Source of the DNA: an uncultured Collinsella sp.
GTDB lineage: Bacteria > Actinomycetota > Coriobacteriia > Coriobacteriales > Coriobacteriaceae
Length of the DNA: 64,000 nt
Direction: 5' to 3'
Assembly (NCBI GenBank): GCA_959606065.1
Contig: CAUHHV010000002.1
Location: 56,575 to 120,574 of the forward strand
In this document: piece by piece, positions 19,612-32,555 of the stretch
Position numbering within the stretch: the stretch's first letter is position 1
Layout: every line of letters begins with the position of its first letter
Notes under the pieces: model-generated
Seen by the model: only the letters and a program-made list of their open reading frames with translations
Told to the model about the DNA's origin: nothing
Databases searched by the model: none
Program-made: the position numbers and the translations under genes

Positions 19612-20553
19612 TTATGCCAAGAACCCCTTGGTGGTCGCCACGATGTTGGCGGCGTCCAGGCCGTACTTGTGCAGGAGCTCGGCACCCGGGCCGGACTCGC
19701 CGAAGGTGTCGTTGACGCCAATCTTCTTGAGCGGCGTCGGGCACTGCTCGCACAGAACATCGGCAACGGCGCTGCCCAGGCCACCGATCACGGAGTGCTC
19801 CTCGACGGTCACGACGTGGCCGGTCTTGGTGGCGCTCTTGACGATCAGGTCGGCATCGATGGGCTTGATGGTGTGCATGTTGATGACCTCGGCATCGATG
19901 CCCTCGGCAGCAAGCTGCTCAGCGGCCTCGAGAGCCTCGCCGACCATCAGACCGCAAGCGATGATGGTGACGTCGGCGCCCTCGCGCATGACGATGCCCT
20001 TGCCCACCTCGAACTTGTAGGTCTCGGGGTCGTTGATGACCGGCGAGGCCAGACGGGCAAAGCGCATGTACACGGGGCCATCGCACTCGTAGGCGGCGCG
20101 CGTCACGGCGCGGGCCTCCACGTCGTCGGCGGGAACAATCACGGTCATGCCGGGGATAACGCGCATGAGGGCGATATCCTCGCAGCACTGGTGCGTGGCG
20201 CCATCCTCGCCCACCGAGATACCGGCGTGCGTGGCACCAATCTTAACGTTAAGGTGCGGGTAGCCGATGGAATTGCGGACCTGCTCAAAGGCGCGGCCAG
20301 CGGCAAACATGGCAAAGCTGCTCGCGAAGGCAACGCGGCCGGTGGTCGCGATACCAGCGGCAACACCCATCAGGTTGCTCTCGGCGATGCCCACATCGAA
20401 GAAGCGGTCGGGGCAGGCTGCCTTGAACTTGCCGGTCTGCGTGGCGGCGGCCAGGTCGGCGTCGAGGACCACAAAGTCATCGTGCTCGTTGGCGAGCTCG
20501 ACGAGGGCCTCGCCGTAGCTTACGCGCGTGGCGATTTTCTTGACGTCTGCCAT
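19612..20553 (-). CDS. tktB: transketolase, C-terminal (pyrimidine-binding) subunit
   Basis: MADVKKIATRVSYGEALVELANEHDD... Start trimmed. Directly follows the N-terminal subunit with a 1-nt gap. Confidence 0.85.
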   Translation of the reverse strand: MADVKKIATRVSYGEALVELANEHDDFVVLDADLAAATQTGKFKAACPDRFFDVGIAESNLMGVAAGIATTGRVAFASSFAMFAAGRAFEQVRNSIGYPHLNVKIGATHAGISVGEDGATHQCCEDIALMRVIPGMTVIVPADDVEARAVTRAAYECDGPVYMRFARLASPVINDPETYKFEVGKGIVMREGADVTIIACGLMVGEALEAAEQLAAEGIDAEVINMHTIKPIDADLIVKSATKTGHVVTVEEHSVIGGLGSAVADVLCEQCPTPLKKIGVNDTFGESGPGAELLHKYGLDAANIVATTKGFLA

Positions 20554-20554
20554 C

Positions 20555-21385
20555 CTAGAGCTCCTCTCCGGCGGCCGTGAGCTCTGCCATGGCCTGCTCA
20601 AACTGTTCATCGTTGGGGGCCTTGCCGTGCCAACCCACCTGGTTCTCCATAAAGGAAACGCCCTTGCCCTTGGTGGTCTCGGCGATGATGGCGGTCGGCT
20701 GACCCTTGGTGGCGCGGGCCTCGGCAAAGGCGGCGCGGATCTGATCGAAATCGTTGCCGTCGGCGAGCTCCACCACGTGGAACTTGAAGGCGCGGAACTT
20801 GTCGGCGAGCGGCATGGGGTCGTTGACCTCCTCGACGGGGCCGTCGATCTGCAGGCCGTTGTGGTCGACGATCACGCAGAGGTTGTCAAGCTGCTGGTTG
20901 CCGGCAAACATGGCGGCCTCCCAAACCTGGCCCTCCTCGCTCTCGCCGTCGCCCAGCAGGGCGTAGGTGCGATAGTCGTCGCCCCAGTGCTTGGCGGCAA
21001 CGGCCATGCCCACGGCGGCGGAGATGCCCTGGCCGAGCGAACCGGTGGACATATCGACGCCCGGGGTGTCGTTCATGTTGGGGTGACCCTGCAGGTGGCT
21101 GCCGATGTGGCGCAGCGTCTCGAGATCCTCCTTGGGGAAGAATCCGCGCTCGGCGAGCACAGCGTACAGACCAGGCGCGCAATGACCCTTGGAAAGCACG
21201 AAGCGATCGCGGTCGGCCTTGCGGGGGTCGGCCGGGTCGACGTTCATTTCCTCAAAGTACAGATAGGTCATGATGTCGGCAGCGCCGAGCGAACCGCCCG
21301 GATGGCCGGACTTGGCAGCGTGCACGCCGGTGACGATGCCCTTCCTTACCTCGTTGGCAACCTTTTTGAGCTCTTCGTCGCTCAT
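20555..21385 (-). CDS. tktA: transketolase, N-terminal (TPP-binding) subunit
   Basis: ...GHPGGSLGAADIMTYLY...LSKGHCAP...GSLGQG is the transketolase TPP-binding motif. Confidence 0.9.
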   Translation of the reverse strand: MSDEELKKVANEVRKGIVTGVHAAKSGHPGGSLGAADIMTYLYFEEMNVDPADPRKADRDRFVLSKGHCAPGLYAVLAERGFFPKEDLETLRHIGSHLQGHPNMNDTPGVDMSTGSLGQGISAAVGMAVAAKHWGDDYRTYALLGDGESEEGQVWEAAMFAGNQQLDNLCVIVDHNGLQIDGPVEEVNDPMPLADKFRAFKFHVVELADGNDFDQIRAAFAEARATKGQPTAIIAETTKGKGVSFMENQVGWHGKAPNDEQFEQAMAELTAAGEEL

Positions 21386-21593
21386 TGTGCCTTCCTTTCA
21401 TCCTCTTAAGACAAGATGCGCACGGCACGGAAAGGTAGTCCCAACACAGCCGCGATGCACGTACGTCATTCATTATGCTGGAAACTGGAAGCTTTACCAG
21501 AGTATTTATCATTATTTGAACAATTGAGCAGGCAGAACCGCTGATGAAACGGTTTATCAATGTGAACGTCTTTTGGATGGAACGCAGTCGGCC

Positions 21594-22484
21594 CTACGCG
21601 TTAATGTCCTTGAATCCCTCACCGAAGGTTTCCGTAACGTCGGCGACCGTCACAATGGCGTGAGGATCGCGCTCGCGCACGATCGTTTTGAGGGTGTTGA
21701 GCTCGCGGCGGCTCACAATGACCATGATCACCGGCTTCTCGGCACCCGAGTACATGCCGGTCGCCCTAAACTTGGTGCAGCCGCGGCCCAGGCCATACAT
21801 GATGTCGGCCGCGATATCGGGAAACTTGTCCGAGATGATGAGCACCATACGGCGCCTGTTGCCACCGTCGACCACGGCATCGATCACGTAGCCGCTAATG
21901 ACCATCGAAAGGCCCGCATACAGCGCGTTTTCGACCGAAAAGACCGGGGCCGACAGCGCGCACACGGCAACATCGATCGCCATGACGGTCGAGCCAACCG
22001 GCAGCGATGTGTTGCGCGAGATGATCTGGCCGATCGTGTCAGAGCCGCCAGTGTTGGCACCGGCGCGCAACACCATGCCATACCCGATGCCCGTGATAAT
22101 GCCGCCCCACATAGCGGGCAGCATCAGGTCGGCATGTGCCAGCGGCGCCACAAACGGAGCGAACAGGTCGGTGAAAAAACCCAGCAGCACAAAACCGGTC
22201 GCCGTCTGCACCACGTAGAACATGCCACCCTCGCGCATAACAACCAGCAGCAGCAAGGCATTCATCACGATGGTCTGGATACCGACGGGAAGCGATATGC
22301 CATGCGAGGCGCCGACCGCCTGAATAATGGTGGCAAGGCCTGTGACGCCGCCGGCGGCAAGGCCGTTGGGGATCAAAAACAAGTCTGTCGCGATAGCTGC
22401 CAGGGCGCAGCCAAACATAATCTTGGGCAAGTCATGAAAGAAGTTCATCGAAAGAATGCGCTTGATGTCCAGACGATATGCCAT
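21594..22484 (-). CDS. YitT-family membrane protein (DUF161 plus C-terminal DUF2179)
   Basis: Multi-TM N-terminal half and a C-terminal soluble domain. Start set at MAYRLDIK after a GAGGGAGG ribosome-binding site. Confidence 0.65.
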   Translation of the reverse strand: MAYRLDIKRILSMNFFHDLPKIMFGCALAAIATDLFLIPNGLAAGGVTGLATIIQAVGASHGISLPVGIQTIVMNALLLLVVMREGGMFYVVQTATGFVLLGFFTDLFAPFVAPLAHADLMLPAMWGGIITGIGYGMVLRAGANTGGSDTIGQIISRNTSLPVGSTVMAIDVAVCALSAPVFSVENALYAGLSMVISGYVIDAVVDGGNRRRMVLIISDKFPDIAADIMYGLGRGCTKFRATGMYSGAEKPVIMVIVSRRELNTLKTIVRERDPHAIVTVADVTETFGEGFKDINA

Positions 22485-22493
22485 GCTGCCTCC

Positions 22494-22525
22494 CTCAAAA
22501 AAGCGCACCCAAACGAGTGCGCTTT
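22494..22525 (-). terminator. candidate intrinsic terminator after prfB
   Basis: Minus-strand hairpin GCGCAC-tcgtttgg-GTGCGC followed by TTTTTTGAGGG, just upstream of the yitT-like ribosome-binding site. Confidence 0.6.
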
Positions 22526-22614
22526 GAACTTCTTGCTGTATTCGATTCTACCGATTCACCGGGCAAATACCACCCCTGCGAAGTGTTTGCATCGACCCGG
22601 AGCCAATCATGTGC

Positions 22615-23762
22615 CTAGGCAGACGATGCTTCCGCATCGGCGTTGCCGGTTGCCCAACGATGGTAGCCGATCACAAACGGATCCAGATCGCCATCGTCGA
22701 GAACGGCCTCGACGTTGCTGGTCTCCACGCCCGTGCGCAGGTCCTTGACCATCTGATACGGGTAGAGCACGTAGCTGCGAATCTGGTTGCCAAAACCGAT
22801 CGTGGTCTTGGGCCCGCGAATCTCATCCAGGGCCTCGGCGCGCTTCTCGAGCTCGATCTCGTACAGACGGGCCTTGAGAATCTGCATGCACGCGGCCTTG
22901 TTTTGAATCTGGCTGCGCTCGTTTTGGCAAGTGACAACGATGCCGCTGGGAAAATGCGTCACGCGTACGGCAGAGTCGGTGGTGTTGACGCCCTGGCCGC
23001 CCGGACCGCTCGCGTGGTACACGTCGACGCGGATATCGTCGGGACTGATCTCGATGTCGATATCGTCAGGCAACACGGGAATGACCTCGACGCCGGCAAA
23101 CGTGGTCTGGCGGCGCTTCTTATCATCGGTGGGGCTGATGCGTACCAGGCGGTGAACGCCGGCCTCGGCGCGCAGCATGCCAAACGCGTCCTTGCCCTCG
23201 ACGGTAAAGGTCGCACGGTCGATGCCGATGACCTCAGCCGCGGGGCAGTCGTTAATGGTGACCTTCCAGCCGCGACGCTGGCAGTACTTCATGTACATCT
23301 TAAAGAGCATGAAGGTCCAGTCCTGTGCCTCCAGGCCACCCTGTCCGGGCTTGATGGTCACAATCGCGTCGCCGTGATCGAACTCACCGGTAAACCAGCT
23401 CGAAAGCTCGAGCTCGTCGATAGCGCGGGCCAGGCGTTCTGCCGTAGCGGCAGCCTCCTCGCGCAATGCGGCGGCATCGGGGTCGTCGCCCATCTCCTCG
23501 GCAAGCTCCAGCGCCGCGCGGGCGTCAGATAGCTCGCCGCGCGCGGTATCCACGGCAGCGATATCTTCCTTGGCGCGAGCGATCTCCTCCATGGTGGCGC
23601 GAGCGGCGTCGGCGTCATCCCAAAAGCCGGGGGCCACGCTTTTTGCCTCGAGCTCGGTCACGCGCGTGCGCTTCTCGTCCAAATGAAGATACGACTCGAC
23701 CTCGCCGAGCCGGTCCGCAAACGCGTCCAGCTCGGCGGGCGTTACCTCTAAAGCCTCGGCCA

Positions 23763-23763
<1 letters not shown>
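22615..23763 (-). CDS. prfB: peptide chain release factor 2
   Basis: The SPF and GGQ (GPGGQGVNTTDSAVR) motifs are present. Start at MAEALEV overlaps the secA stop (TAATG). The reading frame is continuous. Confidence 0.9.
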
Positions 23764-26591
<2,828 letters not shown>

Positions 26592-26700
26592 CGCCCACGC
26601 CGTGCAGCTGCGGGCGAGTTAAACACAGATGATTGTACTTTAGCCAAACAAGGCGCGGCCTATACGGTCGACCTCGACCGCCACGTAATAACTATGACCA

Positions 26701-26741
26701 ACCTGCCACAATGGGACAGGTTTATTTTGGCAAGTTTTATC
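26701..26741. repeat. Family-4 41-nt motif ACCTGCCACAATGGGACAGGTTTATTTTGGCAAGTTTTATC, upstream of secA; a partial second copy (TGCCACGGGGACAGGTTA) lies at about 26772-26789
   Basis: 36/41 identical to 14607-14647. Confidence 0.55.
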
Positions 26742-26797
26742 TGAGCAAACGCCGTCTCTCTGCCATTTGGTGCCACGGGGACAGGTTAGCTTGCACC

Positions 26798-26842
26798 AAT
26801 AAAAAGAAAAGGGCCGCGCACCCAAATGGATGCACGGCCCTC
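26798..26842 (-). terminator. candidate intrinsic terminator after rpmE
   Basis: Minus-strand hairpin GGGCCGTGCATCC..GGGTGCGCGGCCC followed by TTTTCTTTTTATTGG. Confidence 0.7.
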
Positions 26843-26877
26843 ATGCCATGAATGCGAGCGATTCCGCGGCGAGCTAT

Positions 26878-27303
26878 TTACTCAGCAGCCTCGGTGGTCT
26901 CGGCCTCGGCAGCGGCCTCCTCGACGGGAGCCTCTGCAGGAGCCTCGGCGGCCTGCTTGGCAGCCTCCTCGGCGAACTTAGCGGCACGCTTAGCCTTCTC
27001 GGCAGCCTTAGCCTCAGCGGCGGCCTTGCGAGCGGCCTCGGCCTCAGCAGCCTTGGCGGCCTTGGCAGCCTTGGCCTCCTCGGCCTTCTTGAGCTGGGCG
27101 GCAGCGGCGCCACCGAACTTGTCGGCGAAGCGCTGGACGCGTCCACCGGTGTCGACGAACTTCTGCTGGCCGGTGTAGAACGGGTGGCACTCGTTGCAAA
27201 GCTCGACCTTCATCTCGGACACGGTAGCGTGCGTCTTGAAGGTGTTGCCGCAGGAGCACGTCACCGTGCACTCGACATACTGGGGATGGATACCCTGCTT
27301 CAT
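26878..27303 (-). CDS. rpmE: 50S ribosomal protein L31 (type A, zinc ribbon) with an Ala/Lys/Glu-rich C-terminal extension of about 70 aa
   Basis: [48 protein letters not shown] followed by low-complexity (A/K/E)n sequence. Confidence 0.85.
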   Translation of the reverse strand: MKQGIHPQYVECTVTCSCGNTFKTHATVSEMKVELCNECHPFYTGQQKFVDTGGRVQRFADKFGGAAAAQLKKAEEAKAAKAAKAAEAEAARKAAAEAKAAEKAKRAAKFAEEAAKQAAEAPAEAPVEEAAAEAETTEAAE

Positions 27304-27489
27304 GGTAGGACTCCTTATTAGTCAGGCGCTGGTTACCGATCAGCGCATAAGGCGTCTTGGTTTCCGACCAAGACAACAAACTCGACTATGGTACCACGGC
27401 GCCGCGTGTCCCACAAAAGGTTCACGGTCTTTTCGGCACAACACGAGCTGGACCTTAAATATCAACTTCATCCGAACACTCCCCCACAT

Positions 27490-29298
27490 TCATCTCTCGT
27501 ATGTATCGAGGTATTCCTGCTTGAGCGTCTGCGAGGACGACTTGATCTTTTCCACGAGCGTGCCGGCTTCGATGAAGTAGAACGAGTCGGTGAGGTCTGC
27601 CAGGTCGTCGAGTAGATGGCTTGAGATGAGCACGCTTCGTCCCCGCGCCACCTCGCTGCGCATCGCGTCGCAAGAGGTTTTCCGCTTTCCCGGATCGAGG
27701 CCGTTCAGCGGTTCATCGAGGATAAGGTACGGGCAATCGGTCGATATCGCCATGGCAAGCTTTACCTGCTGCTTCATTCCTGTCGAGAGTTTACGGGTCG
27801 GCTTGTCGAGATATGGGGAGATTCCGAGGGAGCTGCAGAGCGAGTCGATGTCGGCGGCCGATTTCCACGCCTCCCTAACGAAAGAGAGGTGCTCGATGGC
27901 CGATAGCGTGGGGTAGAGATCCGTGCCGCCCGAAGAGCTCAGGTAGACGAGTTCTGCAAATTCGGCTGATCGACGTTGGCAGATTCCGTCTGCCACCAGG
28001 CTTCCCGAGCGGATGCGGGTGGGAAATTGGCCCGACAGCGCTTCAAGAAGGGTGGTTTTCCCCGAGCCGTTGGGAGCAACGAGGCCCGCCGCCGTTCCCG
28101 GGCTCAGGAAAAGCGATCCGATTGAAAGTATCGTCGTGCTCCCGTATCCCACGCTCGCGTCTAGAAGCTCGAGCCCATGGTGCTTTTTAGCGGGTCCAGC
28201 CTGTTTGGGCGAACGTGCCGCAACGGCGCCGACCGCAAAAAGGACCGCGACGTATGCCAGGGCCACGGCAAGCATCGATGCGCTGCCTGAACCGGAGCCA
28301 ATGAATTCTGTCGGGAAGCATCCTACGTAGCCCGTGGCCTCGATAGGCGAGAACACGGCCAGCGGCAGGAGCCCGAGCACGGCATTATGCTCCAGCGCCG
28401 AATCGGACAGCAACGGGAATGCCGGGGCCGCGACAAGCAGCGCTGAGGTAAGGGGGCCCGCGAAGACGCGCCTCGTTGCGGTCGATAGGACGGCGGAGCA
28501 AACGGATATCAAGGTTCCGCCCGCAAGCAGCGCGAGAAGCAGGGTCGTGAAGACGTTTCCCGCGGTCGTGGTGGCAAGCGCGCCGTCATGGAAGAAGGCG
28601 ATCGGGTACCCAATTTGCCCGAAGCCGTTTAGGACCAAGGCGTAAATGCCCCCGGGTGCGAGGCCGGCGAGGAGCATCGCGGTCCCCGCGACGATTATCG
28701 AAAACACGATCTGGATAAGGCGCCGGAATTTGGGCGCGGGCGCCTTTGCCGCCAGGGTCCCGGGCCTTGTGGCGCCGAGCACGAGTATCGACGAGAGAAG
28801 GAAGGGGATGAAGGGAAGGAAAGACGGCGCCGTGGCAATGGCGTAAGGCAGGAAGGAAAGGAATGGCAGGTCGTTTGCGGAGGCCGGGATATCCGTGATG
28901 CCGGAGCTGCTCAGGGCACGGCAATATGCGAGCGCTGCGTCATTGGTCTCTTGGTCTCCCACGATGGACCCGGATTGGAAGCCTTCGCCCATGAGCGCGT
29001 AGTAGCTCTCGGCAGAATCGAGAAAGGCGGCGTCGGTTTGAGCGGCAAGGGCGGCGTTCGCGTATCTTGCAAGCTCCGCGTCATTTTGCTGCTCTGGAGA
29101 TAGGTCTGTGCCGCTGGCCTGGGGCGCGCGCGTATTGAATGCGTCGACAAAGCCCTGCATGCCCTGCTTCATAAAGAAGGGCCCGTAGATGGGTGAATTG
29201 AACGCAATGGGGACGGAAAAGGCTGCAGCGAGAACGAGCGTACAAATCCATGTGGCCTTGTCTCTTAGGATCAGTTTGAGAAGAAGTCGACAGTACAT
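27490..29298 (-). CDS. fused ABC transporter: ABC-2-like permease domain (N) plus ATP-binding domain (C)
   Basis: About 380 aa of multi-TM N-terminal sequence, then Walker A GLVAPNGSGKTT, signature LSTGMKQQ and Walker B LILDEPLNGLD. Confidence 0.75.
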   Translation of the reverse strand: MYCRLLLKLILRDKATWICTLVLAAAFSVPIAFNSPIYGPFFMKQGMQGFVDAFNTRAPQASGTDLSPEQQNDAELARYANAALAAQTDAAFLDSAESYYALMGEGFQSGSIVGDQETNDAALAYCRALSSSGITDIPASANDLPFLSFLPYAIATAPSFLPFIPFLLSSILVLGATRPGTLAAKAPAPKFRRLIQIVFSIIVAGTAMLLAGLAPGGIYALVLNGFGQIGYPIAFFHDGALATTTAGNVFTTLLLALLAGGTLISVCSAVLSTATRRVFAGPLTSALLVAAPAFPLLSDSALEHNAVLGLLPLAVFSPIEATGYVGCFPTEFIGSGSGSASMLAVALAYVAVLFAVGAVAARSPKQAGPAKKHHGLELLDASVGYGSTTILSIGSLFLSPGTAAGLVAPNGSGKTTLLEALSGQFPTRIRSGSLVADGICQRRSAEFAELVYLSSSGGTDLYPTLSAIEHLSFVREAWKSAADIDSLCSSLGISPYLDKPTRKLSTGMKQQVKLAMAISTDCPYLILDEPLNGLDPGKRKTSCDAMRSEVARGRSVLISSHLLDDLADLTDSFYFIEAGTLVEKIKSSSQTLKQEYLDTYER

Positions 29299-29451
29299 TC
29301 AGAAGCACCTACGTTCCTCAAAGAATCGTTAGATTAAAAGTAACAGACCGGATGAAGATACGTGCGACGGGGGCGAGGCGAATGGCTGAGCGGTATCGAT
29401 ATGCGGGTTTAACGGTATTATATTGACCACATAGATTTTTAACTTGCATTT

Positions 29452-30201
29452 CTACCCGCCCTTTTCGTAGAGTCGCCGATACGTGCTTAGCGCACCCTCG
29501 GCGCGTCCGGCAGGCTTTGCGAAATGGGATCCAGGAGACTTCGGCGCAGCATCATCTTGCGGAATGCTTCTAATGAGCCTCCCATCCTTCAAAAACAGAA
29601 TCTCATCGCACAGCCTATCGACCGAATCCAAGATGTGGGATGACATGATGATGCACGTACCAGAATCGGCCAGCTTCCTGAGAATCTCGGAATGCAAGTC
29701 CACCCTGCTGGGGTCGAGCGCGTTCATGGGCTCATCTAATAGAAGGTACCGCGTGCCCGTCGCATACGCAATCGCCAGGGTAAGCTGCTGCTTCATGCCC
29801 TGGCTCAGAGTGCGGATCCTCATCTTCGCGAACTCGCCTATCTGCGTTTGTTCCACTATCTCTTCGATATCGCGAGCATGCGGCCACATATCGCAAACCA
29901 TCTTGAGGTGATCTTCCGCACGCAATCCGGGATACAGCAGCGTCCCCTCACCAGGTGCATAGAAGATCATAGAACGGACCTCTCTCGCACCCGTACCCTG
30001 CACCTCATCCAGAACGATGCTCCCGTCCACGCGAGGACCCGGCAAACCCGCCATCGCACGCAGCAACGTCGTCTTTCCATGCCCGTTCGGAGCGACGAGA
30101 CCGTAGACCGTACCCGGGGCAAACTCAGCGTTCACCGAATCTACGAGCACCTTCTTTCCATAAGAGATCGTCAGCGTTTGAAGGTCAATCATCGAGATCA
30201 T
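29452..30201 (-). CDS. ABC transporter ATP-binding protein
   Basis: Walker A GLVAPNGHGKTT, signature LSQGMKQQ and Walker B LLLDEPMNALD. Overlaps the upstream permease by 4 nt. Confidence 0.85.
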   Translation of the reverse strand: MISMIDLQTLTISYGKKVLVDSVNAEFAPGTVYGLVAPNGHGKTTLLRAMAGLPGPRVDGSIVLDEVQGTGAREVRSMIFYAPGEGTLLYPGLRAEDHLKMVCDMWPHARDIEEIVEQTQIGEFAKMRIRTLSQGMKQQLTLAIAYATGTRYLLLDEPMNALDPSRVDLHSEILRKLADSGTCIIMSSHILDSVDRLCDEILFLKDGRLIRSIPQDDAAPKSPGSHFAKPAGRAEGALSTYRRLYEKGG

Positions 30202-32438
30202 CCCCTTTCGATCTTTGGAACACTCAGGCGCACCATCAACGGAGATACGGCGCCCAAGACCACCAGCAGAGCGCCCGATGCGCCGACGACCTCTCCAAAA
30301 GGCATCGCGTTCGTCCCTCGCCCAAGGAACCCAATCGTCCCCACCTGGGAAGCGGGATCAAACGAGGCGAATGGAGCCAGCAGCGCGACGCCCATGCCCA
30401 CGCTTTCAACATGAGCGCTCAACGAACCCAACACCAAGAGAACCGCGCAAACCATTCCGGTGACAACGGGGTTGCGGCTAATCGCTGCTGTCAACGCAGC
30501 GACGACGGAAATCACGCCGTATGCCATGACCAGCAACGGAATACTGCACAACACCGCCTCCCCCACCATGGACGTTGTCGAAGCTCCCGCCCGAATGAGA
30601 GCGACGGGATACTCCGATCCACCCGCACCGTTCTTAATCACGGACACAACGACAGCGGGAACCATCGACACCAAAAGCAGCACCAAGCCAAGCAGGAGAG
30701 CCAGCGCAACAGCCGTCAGAAAACGCACATGCGCTGTTGCGGGGATCTGGAGAACCAGAAGGGAACGACACTGCAGGTGGGTGCACGCGAGCGATGTGAC
30801 AACCACGGGCAACAGCAAAAATAAGGAGGGAAGCGCTGCCTGGAGATACGAAAGGAGGATTAATGGGGGCATCTTCGTACTTAACTCGTAAACCTTGGGG
30901 TCCGGCAAGCTCGCGATCGACTCAAGCAGAAGGGCGCGCGCCTCCGCACGAGAAGGAGTCTCCGGCTCGATTCCGATCGATTGCAGGAGAGTCGCATCTG
31001 CCGCGCCCAGCTCACCTCGAGCGCGCTCGTACGTCGCAAGGCTTCGAAACCCCTCCGCAGGCATAGGCGCGTACACGAAACCCGAAAGAGCATCCCGCAT
31101 GTCTTCCAGGGCCGCTTTGCCCTCGACGTCCATATTCGCAGCGTTCTGCTCTAGATACCGATCTATTGAACGGAGCTCCCCATCCCTATACCGAACAGCG
31201 GAAACGTTATCAGCGTCAGGAAACATCTCGACCAGAGCCGGGGCCAGCATCGTCGTCGACATTGCAATCGCGCATACGGCGAGGGTAGGAGAACGCAGGA
31301 GCAGTTTCCCCATCGTTCTTACGTATGCAACGGCGGAGGCACAAGCGCTCGAACGAGTTGCCGTTCTCGATGCAGTGAAGGAACCTCTCTCAAGACAAAT
31401 CGGGGATATCGGGCACGCGCAGCCGCTCTTTCCAGCAACGCAAAGCAGGCTAATTGCCAGCACCTCGATCCCGATTGCGCATACGAGGGCAATCGCGCCA
31501 CGCTCGAAGCAAAGTCCAGGCAGATTCACTATCTGCGTTGTCGGGTACGGGCTATAGGCGCCGACGGTCAACTCAGTGTTCGCATACGTAAGGGGATTCA
31601 ACAGGGCGAACTCACGTAAAGCGATGGATCTTCCGTAATACCCGGGAACCATCGTCACCCCCATCAGGGCACATACGAACACGATTCCAAGCGTAGGGTT
31701 ATTGGCAATCTTCACGGCAAGGTGAACGACAAGCGAGATGAACGCTGCCACCAAGAATTGCAAGATGGCCGTCTGCGCGAACACCAGCCAAGCCGGTTTG
31801 ATAACCGGAGTCGCATATTGAATGTAGCCTATCGGATAGAACGGCGAGCCCGGGCCATTCTTCACAAGCGCGGCGATTATCCCTGGAAGATTGATGGCGA
31901 GGACGGCAAGCATTGCAAAAACACTCGCCCATACGCTCGATGCAACAAGTCTACCCAGCTCGCCCATCGGTGCCTGGATGATGAGCTTTTCACGTTTGTT
32001 AAGACGCGCGGCAAGGAACGAGACGGCAACGGCCGTTGCGACCCATAGCAAGTACTCCTTCGATCCGTCATGATAGGTGTACTCTCCATCCGATGTCTGC
32101 AGAAACGGAAGTAGGGGAGAGAGCGGTGCCAAGATAAGACGTCCCGCGGCAAGAGGGTACAGAAGCGCGGGCATGCTTGATGAAGAGGTACAGACACCGT
32201 CCTCCCCCGCATTCACAAGCGCATCCGCATAGGATGCTGACAATTCCTGCTCAACACGGGTTATTCCCGACTCGAGGTATTCGACCCGTCCGTCGATGCC
32301 AGCCGCGCTCCTGAAGACGGGCAGAGCACAAAGAACCATCAACGCAACAACGACAACACAGAGCGACCTGGAGGAGAGAAGCGACCTAAAGATCGCCTTC
32401 GAGATTTTGAGCATATTCATCGCCAACCTTAACCTCAT
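30198..32438 (-). CDS. large polytopic ABC-2-like permease with an internally duplicated domain (746 aa)
   Basis: Two TM-rich halves each carry a KNGxG..YP motif (KNGPGSPFYPIGY and KNGAGGSEYPVAL). The same motif recurs as NGFGQIGYPIAF in the 27490..29298 protein. Confidence 0.65.
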   Translation of the reverse strand: MRLRLAMNMLKISKAIFRSLLSSRSLCVVVVALMVLCALPVFRSAAGIDGRVEYLESGITRVEQELSASYADALVNAGEDGVCTSSSSMPALLYPLAAGRLILAPLSPLLPFLQTSDGEYTYHDGSKEYLLWVATAVAVSFLAARLNKREKLIIQAPMGELGRLVASSVWASVFAMLAVLAINLPGIIAALVKNGPGSPFYPIGYIQYATPVIKPAWLVFAQTAILQFLVAAFISLVVHLAVKIANNPTLGIVFVCALMGVTMVPGYYGRSIALREFALLNPLTYANTELTVGAYSPYPTTQIVNLPGLCFERGAIALVCAIGIEVLAISLLCVAGKSGCACPISPICLERGSFTASRTATRSSACASAVAYVRTMGKLLLRSPTLAVCAIAMSTTMLAPALVEMFPDADNVSAVRYRDGELRSIDRYLEQNAANMDVEGKAALEDMRDALSGFVYAPMPAEGFRSLATYERARGELGAADATLLQSIGIEPETPSRAEARALLLESIASLPDPKVYELSTKMPPLILLSYLQAALPSLFLLLPVVVTSLACTHLQCRSLLVLQIPATAHVRFLTAVALALLLGLVLLLVSMVPAVVVSVIKNGAGGSEYPVALIRAGASTTSMVGEAVLCSIPLLVMAYGVISVVAALTAAISRNPVVTGMVCAVLLVLGSLSAHVESVGMGVALLAPFASFDPASQVGTIGFLGRGTNAMPFGEVVGASGALLVVLGAVSPLMVRLSVPKIERG

Positions 32439-32555
32439 CCAGTCGGAATAGAGGGGCCGAACAAAATGCTCGGCCCTTATTACTTGCCGGCAAAGTCAAT
32501 TTAACATAAACTGTTAAAAAGTAACCTGAGTTTATTAAATTCTTCGGAGGTTATT

